Of a stretch of 64,000 nucleotides of DNA, positions 57,354 to 64,000 are shown piece by piece. The DNA is taken from assembly GCA_017626815.1 (NCBI GenBank), contig JAGAHY010000140.1, positions 404 to 64,403 on the forward strand, in the 5' to 3' direction. Position 1 is the first letter of the stretch. Each line of letters opens with the position of its first letter. The notes under the pieces are model-generated. The model saw only the letters and a list, made by a program, of their open reading frames with translations. It did no database searches and was not told where the DNA came from. The DNA comes from Bacilli bacterium (GTDB lineage Bacteria > Bacillota_I > Bacilli_A > RFN20 > CAG-826). The position numbers were made by a program, and so were the translations under genes.

Positions 57354-58748
57354 ATGTATTATCGATTAAAAGACACTATTGCATTACGAAAATGGAGATA
57401 CGTTGAACGCGCCGTATACCGCAAGGGCGTGGAGAACGCCTTCGGTGTGACCGAAGCGGAATTCGAGCTTTTGCAGCAGTGCGATGGGGAAACGGACATC
57501 GAGCCCAATCCTTACTTGGCTGGCTTGCTCGACCGCCAGCTCATCGAGCCTTGCGAAAAGGGCCAGAAGGCGAATCCGTGGTCCTTGCTCCATACCTATG
57601 ATAATTATTACTTCCCGAAGATGAACCTTATGATCACCGGGAAATGCAACTTGAATTGCCTCCATTGTTTTAACGCGAAAGACAACGCCCCCTTAAATAC
57701 GGAACTTTCCTATGAGCAGGTGCTGAATATCCTCGATCAGGCCCGCGATATCGGCGTGCACGCGTTCACGATCACCGGTGGCGAGCCGCTGGTGCACAAA
57801 CGCTTCCTCGATATCGTCCGCGCCATCTATGAAAGAGATATGTTCATCTTCGAATTGAACACAAATGGCTTGCTCATCACCCAGGAGATGCTGGATGTCT
57901 TTAAGGAACTAGGGTGCTACCCGCTAATCAAGATTTCTTTCGATGGCGTCGGCTACCATAACTGGATCCGCCAGCATCCTAAGGCGGAAGAGCTTACCCT
58001 TAAAGCCATCGAACTTTGCATCAAAAACGGCTTTGCGGTGAAGGCGCAAGTCCAAGTGAACCGTAAAAACGTCGATTCCATGGAAAAGACCGCGAGGCTT
58101 TTAAACGACATGGGCGTCACGGAGATGCGCATCATCCGCACCACGGAAGCGCCCCGCTGGGAAAAGAATTCGCCCAATTCTTCGTTGACGATCGAGGAAT
58201 ATTTCGAGCAAATGACGGCTTTTGCCAAGAATTATATGCAAAGTGATATGACCATGACTATCGACATTTGGCAGTTGATGAGACTTTATCCATCCGCGAA
58301 AACGTATGATCTCGTCCCCATCGCCTGCGACAAGGACGAATTTAATATCCGCATCCCCATGTGCAAAGGAAACCGTGGCATGATCGCGATTTCTTCGAGT
58401 GGAGAAGCGGTGCCCTGCTTGCAAATGTCAGGCTGGTTCCTCGAACGGGGAATCAGTCTTGGAAACGTCTTGAAAACCCCGTTAAAAGAGCTGGTCACCA
58501 AAAGCGATTACCTCAACCTCGCGATGGCGACGTTGCTGAAGCAAATCCTCGAAAACGATAAGTGTGGCAACTGCAAATACTATAAGGCCTGCACGGGTGG
58601 TTGCCCCGCCTTAGGATTGCTCTATTCCAAAAACGGTGATTATTATCATGAAGATGTGACAAAATGTGCTTTCTTTGAAAATGGCTGGTATGATTTAATA
58701 GTAAAAGAATTGGCGTCTTGGCGCCTATTGAAACCCCTCAACATCTGA
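57354..58748 (+). CDS. Radical SAM/SPASM-domain peptide-modifying enzyme (maturase 2)
   Basis: 464 aa. CNLNCLHC. SPASM cluster CGNCKYYKACTGGCP…C. Confidence 0.85.
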   Translation: MYYRLKDTIALRKWRYVERAVYRKGVENAFGVTEAEFELLQQCDGETDIEPNPYLAGLLDRQLIEPCEKGQKANPWSLLHTYDNYYFPKMNLMITGKCNLNCLHCFNAKDNAPLNTELSYEQVLNILDQARDIGVHAFTITGGEPLVHKRFLDIVRAIYERDMFIFELNTNGLLITQEMLDVFKELGCYPLIKISFDGVGYHNWIRQHPKAEELTLKAIELCIKNGFAVKAQVQVNRKNVDSMEKTARLLNDMGVTEMRIIRTTEAPRWEKNSPNSSLTIEEYFEQMTAFAKNYMQSDMTMTIDIWQLMRLYPSAKTYDLVPIACDKDEFNIRIPMCKGNRGMIAISSSGEAVPCLQMSGWFLERGISLGNVLKTPLKELVTKSDYLNLAMATLLKQILENDKCGNCKYYKACTGGCPALGLLYSKNGDYYHEDVTKCAFFENGWYDLIVKELASWRLLKPLNI

Positions 58749-58800
58749 TGGCTGACTTATTGGCATAAAACGCCGAAAACGCCATCAACCCCATTGCCCG

Positions 58801-59190
58801 ATGAAAAAAGAAAACGTCACTATCTCTAGCCCTGATGAGCTAAACGCGCATCTGCAGTCTTCCTCTCCTATTACCTGGATTGCTTTAGGCACGGTTATCG
58901 CCCTCATCCTTGGACTGTTTGTTTGGTCCGGTGTTTACGAACTCCCGATTATGATTTCAGGCGCCGCCTCCGTCACCAACGGCATCGCCAGTTTGACCGT
59001 GGAAGAACGGGCGAAGGATAAACTCGAGGCGGGTCAAAAAATCTACATTTTGGACAAGGACGGGTATCTCTCTTTTGACGAAGAAAACAACCCCGTTGTC
59101 TTAAACATAGATCTCAGCGACGGGCAATACACCTATCGCACGGATACCGAGCTTGAAAAGATTCGACCCATCCAATATTTATTCAGGTAA
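58801..59190 (+). CDS. Small single-TM protein (possible short membrane-fusion/accessory component of the exporter)
   Basis: 129 aa. TM ITWIALGTVIALILGLFVW. Immediately precedes the C39-ABC gene. Confidence 0.4.
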   Translation: MKKENVTISSPDELNAHLQSSSPITWIALGTVIALILGLFVWSGVYELPIMISGAASVTNGIASLTVEERAKDKLEAGQKIYILDKDGYLSFDEENNPVVLNIDLSDGQYTYRTDTELEKIRPIQYLFR

Positions 59191-59194
59191 CACC

Positions 59195-61372
59195 ATGAAA
59201 AAGAAGGAAATCAAGAAACCGACAAGCGGCAGGAAGGTCGCGGATGTCCCGATCATCATGCAGTTGGAGGCCCTCGAATGCGGGGCCGCCTCTTTAAGCA
59301 TGGTCATGGCCTATTACGAAAAATGGGTCGCTTTGGAGCAGGTTCGCGTCGATTGCGGCGTCTCCCGTAATGGTTCTAACGCGAAAAATATCTGCCGCGC
59401 CGCCGAGAAATACGGCTTTAAGGCCAAAGGCTATGCCTATAACATTCAGAAATTGAAGGAAAGGGGCAAATTCCCCGCGATTATCCACTGGGGCGGCGGT
59501 CACTTCGTCGTCTTGGATGGCATTCGTGGCAACAAAGCCATCATCAACGACCCCGCGAAAGGGTTGGTCAAAGTCGATTTGAAGACTTTTGACAAGATTT
59601 TCACCGGCATCTACATCGAAATCGTTCCCGGCGAGAATTTCGAACCCGGCGGCAAGAAAAAATCCATCTTCGCCTTCGCTAAAAAGAGGCTTAAAGGCGC
59701 GGTTGCCTTGATTACTTTCTTCGCGATCACCACGATCGTGTTCTATCTGTTCACGATTATCAATCCGGCGTTAAACCAAGTATTCGTCGACCGACTGTTG
59801 GGCGGCAATAATCCGAATTGGCTGATTCCATTCATCGGCATTTTCGGTGGCCTTGGCTTGCTTCAGGTCATCGTCACGGCCGTCCAAACCCTCTATGAAT
59901 ATAAGATTAGGGGCAAATTGGACCTTATTGGTTCGACCACCTACATGTGGAAGATTTTAAGGCTCCCCATCGACTTCTTCTCCCAGCGCATGGTCGGCGA
60001 CTTACAATCGCGCCAGAGCGAAAACGCCTCCATCGCCGAAACGTTGGTCAACGTCTTCGCGCCGCTGCTTTTCAATTCCATCATGCTCATCGTCTATTTG
60101 GCGGTCATGATCAGCAAGAGCGCGTGGCTGGCCTTAGTCGGCGTCATCACCGTTCTCATCAACATCTTCGTCTCCCAATACATTTCCAAGGTCCGCGTCA
60201 ATATCTCCAGGGTCCAGGCCCGCGATAATTCGCGTCTTGGCGCGATGACTTCCAAGGGCATCGAGATGATCGAAACCATCAAGTCTAACGGTGCGGAAAC
60301 CTCCTATTTCTCGTCCTGGCAAGAAGCCGCCGACAGCGTCTACGCCCAAAACGTGAAGATGGCCAAAACCAATCAGTTTATCGGCCTCGTTCCGGCGCTT
60401 GTGTCGATGATTGCCAACTATTCCGTCTTGATTCTCGGCGTTTATTTCACGATTAACGGCAGTTTCACCGTCGGTTCTATTTTGGCTTTCCAGGGTCTAT
60501 TAAGCGCCTTTATGTCGCCGGCGATGACCATTATCTCCAGCGGACAGACGTTGCAGGAGATGCGCACCCAGATGGAACGTGTCGACGACGTTTTGGAATA
60601 CCCTCTTGATTCTAACGTCACCCGCGAAATCGAGATGGAGCACGTCTCCAAAATCAAAGGCAACCTGATCCTTAGAGATCTCACCTTTGGTTATTCTCGA
60701 TTGGGCCGCCCGGTCTTATCGAATTTCAATCTCGAGATCAAACAGGGCCAGAAGGTCGCCATCGTCGGTTCCACCGGCAGCGGCAAATCCACGATTTCCA
60801 AATTGATCTCCGGGCTTTACGCGCCATGGTCTGGCGAGATTATCTTCGATGGAAAGCGGATTGAAGAAATCGACCATGAAATCTTCACTTCCTCGATCGC
60901 CGTCGTCGATCAGGACATCACCCTCTACGAAGACACGATCATGAACAACTTGAAGATGTGGGACCAGTCCATCACCGACATGGAAGTCAAAATGGCCTGT
61001 ATTGATGCCCAAATCCACAAGACCATCGCCGCGAGGGAAGGCGGTTATAATGCCCCCGTCCTCGAGAACGGCAAAAACTTCTCCGGTGGCGAGAAGCAAC
61101 GTTTAGAAATCGCGCGTTCCTTGGCGATGGACCCGAGCATCATCATCCTCGATGAAGCCACCAGCGCCCTCGATGCCAAAACGGAATTTGACGTCGTTAA
61201 TGCCATCAAAGAACGCGGTATTACCACGATTGTCATCGCGCATAGACTTTCCACGATCCGCGACGCCGATTTGATCGTCGTCCTCGATCATGGCCATATT
61301 GTCGAGCAGGGCAACCATGACACCTTAATGGCCCTGAAAGGCGCTTATTACGATTTGGTGACGAACGAATAG
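59195..61372 (+). CDS. Bacteriocin-type ABC exporter with an N-terminal C39 double-glycine peptidase domain
   Basis: Start MKKKEIKK; the ORF-track start at 59153 is upstream of it. C39 Cys in QLEALECGAASLSMV and His in HFVVL. 6-TM domain. GSTGSGKST, FSGGEKQR, IIILDEATSALD. Confidence 0.85.
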   Translation: MKKKEIKKPTSGRKVADVPIIMQLEALECGAASLSMVMAYYEKWVALEQVRVDCGVSRNGSNAKNICRAAEKYGFKAKGYAYNIQKLKERGKFPAIIHWGGGHFVVLDGIRGNKAIINDPAKGLVKVDLKTFDKIFTGIYIEIVPGENFEPGGKKKSIFAFAKKRLKGAVALITFFAITTIVFYLFTIINPALNQVFVDRLLGGNNPNWLIPFIGIFGGLGLLQVIVTAVQTLYEYKIRGKLDLIGSTTYMWKILRLPIDFFSQRMVGDLQSRQSENASIAETLVNVFAPLLFNSIMLIVYLAVMISKSAWLALVGVITVLINIFVSQYISKVRVNISRVQARDNSRLGAMTSKGIEMIETIKSNGAETSYFSSWQEAADSVYAQNVKMAKTNQFIGLVPALVSMIANYSVLILGVYFTINGSFTVGSILAFQGLLSAFMSPAMTIISSGQTLQEMRTQMERVDDVLEYPLDSNVTREIEMEHVSKIKGNLILRDLTFGYSRLGRPVLSNFNLEIKQGQKVAIVGSTGSGKSTISKLISGLYAPWSGEIIFDGKRIEEIDHEIFTSSIAVVDQDITLYEDTIMNNLKMWDQSITDMEVKMACIDAQIHKTIAAREGGYNAPVLENGKNFSGGEKQRLEIARSLAMDPSIIILDEATSALDAKTEFDVVNAIKERGITTIVIAHRLSTIRDADLIVVLDHGHIVEQGNHDTLMALKGAYYDLVTNE

Positions 61373-61387
61373 AAAGAGAAACGGCAT

Positions 61388-63571
61388 ATGGGTTGGTTCG
61401 AAGAGCAAGTAAAGCAAAGAAAGAAACTCGATGCGAAGACGTTCGAGGATTCTTTTAAGTCGCTCGCCGGTATTCACGTCAAAAACCAGAAGAATCTTTC
61501 TGACGAAGAAATCCGAGAGAATTTCGCCATCTCGCAGATTCTTTCCTATTTTCATCATCAGATGGTGGATATCCCCGCCGGCGTCACGAAATTCAAAGAT
61601 AAACTTAACTACATCCTGGGCCATTTCGGCATCGAATATCATAACGTCCAACTTACCGACGCTTATGTGAATGAAAATGGCTCCCCGTTATTGATTTATA
61701 CCCTCATCGGGGAAATCCCCATCATTTTGTTCCCTGCCAAGGGCAATCAGTATTACTACATCCATTACGGAACCGGCAAGAAAACCTATATCGACGCGGC
61801 CATGATCCATGGTCTTGAAATTGATGCGATTAGTTTCTATCGCCCCCTTCCGAGCAAAGGCGTTTCTATTAAGGAATACGTGAAATATATCGGGAAGTCG
61901 ATAAGGCCCTTGGATATCGTTCTCCTCATCGTCTTTGCCGCGCTTTCCTCTGGCGTTGGCCTTTTGGTGCCTTACCTCACCCAAAGATTAACGGGTGAAG
62001 TGGTGCTCAATAAAGACATTAGCCTATTCATCGCGGTCTCGCTTTATGTCGTCGCGGCCGCGACTGGCGTATTGCTGGTTAAGGCGGTTCAGGCTTTCGT
62101 CAACACGCGGATTATGTTGAAAATTCAAAAATCCGTGCAGGAAGCGACGATGATGAGGGTTTTGAACCTTCCGGCTGCCTTCTTTAAGAAATACAATACC
62201 GGTGAATTGACCGCTCGTTTCTCCAGCGTCAATAGCTTGGCGAGCATGATTGTCAACGGCATCTTCACGACCCTCGTTTCGGTGGTCATGTCCCTCGCTT
62301 ATTTATTCCAACTCGCCGGCTTTGCGTCTACGCTAGTCCCCATTGTTGTGGCGATCTTGTTTGCGACCACGGCCTTCAGCGTTGCCATCGCCTTGATTCA
62401 GAAGAAATATACCCGACAGACCCTTGAGCTATCTTCCAAGGAGTCCGGCGTCACCTATGAAATGATCAACGGCATCCAAAAGATTAGGCTATCCGGCTCG
62501 GAAAAGCGCGTCTTCGCCAAGTGGGCGAGCGCCTATGCCCGTTCCGCGGAGGTGAGATACCATCCTCCTCTGATTTTGCGTTTATCCCCTGCAATTTCCC
62601 TATTAATTACATTACTTGGTAACGTCGCTATCTACTATGTGGCCGCTAGAAGTGGTCTCTCGGCTGGTAGCTACATGGCTTTCGTCACCGGCTATGGCGT
62701 CCTTTCCGGCGCCTTCGCCTCCGTGACTTCCATGGTCGGCGTCATCACCTCGATTAAGCCGACTTACGACATGGCTAAGCCCATCTTAGAGGCCGAGCCG
62801 GAGACCGCTCAGAACAAACTCGTCTTGGAAAAGGTCAAAGGTAACATCCGCTTCGAAAACGTCTCCTTCAAATACATCGAAAATGGACCGCTTATCCTAA
62901 ACGACCTCTCCCTCGATATCAAAGAAGGCGAATATGTCGCGATTGTCGGCCAAACTGGATGCGGCAAATCCACCCTAATCCGCGTGCTTCTCGGGTTCGA
63001 AGAGCCCTTAAGCGGGCGCGTGACGGTGGATGGCCATGACGTCAAAGACCTTGACCCCTCGTCGCTTCGTAGGCGCATCGGCACGGTCCTTCAAAACGGT
63101 ACGCTTTTCCACGCGGATATCTTCTCCAACATCATCATTTCTTGCCCCAACGCAAGCGAAGAAGATGCCTGGGCCGCGGCGGAAATCGCCGATATCGCCG
63201 ACGACATCAGAGAGATGCCGATGGGCATGAAGACGGTCATCTCGGAAGGCCAAGGCGGCATTTCCGGCGGCCAGAAGCAGCGCATCATGATCGCCCGCGC
63301 CATTGTCCATCACCCCAAGATCTTGATCTTCGATGAGGCCACCAGTGCCCTCGACAATAAGACGCAAAAGAGCATCACCGAATCCATCAACAAGCTCAAT
63401 TGCACCCGACTTGTCATCGCGCACAGGCTTTCCACGATTAAAAACGCGGATAGAATTATCATGCTCGAAGGCGGTAAGATTATCGAAGAAGGCAGCTACG
63501 ATTCCTTGATTGCCCAAAAAGGCAAATTCGCGGAACTGGTCGAGAGACAGCGCCTGGATAACAACGAATAA
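61388..63571 (+). CDS. Second ABC exporter subunit with an N-terminal peptidase-like domain lacking the catalytic Cys
   Basis: 727 aa. GQTGCGKST, ISGGQKQR, ILIFDEATSALD. The N-terminal ~150 aa are C39-like in size but carry no Cys/His pair. Confidence 0.8.
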   Translation: MGWFEEQVKQRKKLDAKTFEDSFKSLAGIHVKNQKNLSDEEIRENFAISQILSYFHHQMVDIPAGVTKFKDKLNYILGHFGIEYHNVQLTDAYVNENGSPLLIYTLIGEIPIILFPAKGNQYYYIHYGTGKKTYIDAAMIHGLEIDAISFYRPLPSKGVSIKEYVKYIGKSIRPLDIVLLIVFAALSSGVGLLVPYLTQRLTGEVVLNKDISLFIAVSLYVVAAATGVLLVKAVQAFVNTRIMLKIQKSVQEATMMRVLNLPAAFFKKYNTGELTARFSSVNSLASMIVNGIFTTLVSVVMSLAYLFQLAGFASTLVPIVVAILFATTAFSVAIALIQKKYTRQTLELSSKESGVTYEMINGIQKIRLSGSEKRVFAKWASAYARSAEVRYHPPLILRLSPAISLLITLLGNVAIYYVAARSGLSAGSYMAFVTGYGVLSGAFASVTSMVGVITSIKPTYDMAKPILEAEPETAQNKLVLEKVKGNIRFENVSFKYIENGPLILNDLSLDIKEGEYVAIVGQTGCGKSTLIRVLLGFEEPLSGRVTVDGHDVKDLDPSSLRRRIGTVLQNGTLFHADIFSNIIISCPNASEEDAWAAAEIADIADDIREMPMGMKTVISEGQGGISGGQKQRIMIARAIVHHPKILIFDEATSALDNKTQKSITESINKLNCTRLVIAHRLSTIKNADRIIMLEGGKIIEEGSYDSLIAQKGKFAELVERQRLDNNE

Positions 63572-63586
63572 AAAGGAGGATTACTC

Positions 63587-63880
63587 ATGGAACACAAACT
63601 TAATAATGGAACGCTGACCATTTTCCTGAAAGGGAAGATCAATTCCAGCAACTCAGAAGAAGCCGAACAGGAAATCAACCGCATCATTGCGGATAATTCC
63701 TTCACCAGTCTCGTCTTCGACCTTGGCGAGCTCGTTTATATCTCCTCTGCGGGATTAAGGATCCTCCTCGGGGTCAAACAAGAACACGATGACACCAAGC
63801 TGGTCAATGTCTCCGACGCCATCTACGAAATCCTCGTTATGGTCGGCTTTGATAGCGTCCTTACCATTGAAAGACAATAG
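63587..63880 (+). CDS. STAS-domain anti-sigma-factor antagonist (SpoIIAA/RsbV-like)
   Basis: 97 aa. Conserved phosphorylatable region …LVYISSAGLRILL. Confidence 0.75.
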   Translation: MEHKLNNGTLTIFLKGKINSSNSEEAEQEINRIIADNSFTSLVFDLGELVYISSAGLRILLGVKQEHDDTKLVNVSDAIYEILVMVGFDSVLTIERQ

Positions 63881-63899
63881 GGGAGCGGTAACTTATTAT

Positions 63900-63924
63900 G
63901 CGCGGTTATTTGGCCGCGCTTTTT
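63900..63924 (+). terminator. Intrinsic terminator (gcgcgg-ttatttgg-ccgcgc plus TTTTT)
   Basis: Perfect 6-bp GC stem, 8-nt loop, 5-T run. Confidence 0.6.
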
Positions 63925-64000
63925 ACATGTACGACGGGCATGCCGTCGGTCTGTGGTGAAAGTCCACAAGGGGCGTAGTTGCCGACGAACCCCAAAGCGA

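Noticed and set aside
63950-64000. RNase P RNA or tmRNA gene start
   Set aside because: The universally conserved AGGAAAGUCC has a G to U change here. The tmRNA-like UUCGAC element is absent. Too little sequence is visible, so it is kept only as a low-interest note.

Overview
This 64-kb window is bacterial accessory DNA with roughly 50% GC. It is lipoprotein-rich with Gram-positive-style lipoboxes and contains many pseudogenes, repeat families and defence or toxin modules. No rRNA, tRNA or CRISPR array was seen.

Window layout:
- Positions 0.3-7.0 kb: a sugar O-acetyltransferase, two decayed hipA copies (one with a nonsense codon, one 3'-truncated), an S8 subtilisin-like protease with a lipoprotein, and a regulator fragment.
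- Positions 7.2-11.4 kb and again 32.0-36.3 kb: two paralogous operons. Each encodes an unusual XRE-HTH::ABC-ATPase::permease fusion followed by a MacB-like ATPase::FtsX-permease. Each is preceded by a conserved palindrome.
- Positions 11.7-13.1 kb: an ECF sigma factor and a putative anti-sigma factor.
- Positions 13.5-24.6 kb: a minus-strand glycan-scavenging operon. It runs from a membrane-tethered XRE regulator through a circularly permuted, membrane-anchored GH3, a Big-domain lipoprotein, an SGNH/sialate-O-acetylesterase-like protein, an EEP nuclease/phosphatase and an esterase to a Tyr-phosphatase lipoprotein.
- Positions 24.8-30.2 kb: a defence island with an AbiEi/AbiEii pair bracketed by direct repeats, an AT-rich Fic gene plus a Fic remnant, and a membrane XRE regulator.
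- Positions 38.4-63.9 kb: the most interesting region. It is a dispersed RiPP-like locus encoding at least four intact precursor peptides and two decayed copies. The leaders are Nif11-type and end in a double-glycine site. The hypervariable cores keep a zinc-ribbon-like CPxC...CxxC scaffold. Co-located genes include two radical-SAM/SPASM maturases, a HipA-like kinase-fold protein, a C39-peptidase ABC exporter with a second ABC partner, a MacB-like ABC transporter, an ECF sigma/anti-sigma pair, and a partner-switching module (membrane PP2C phosphatase, RsbW-like kinase, STAS protein) bracketing the export genes.
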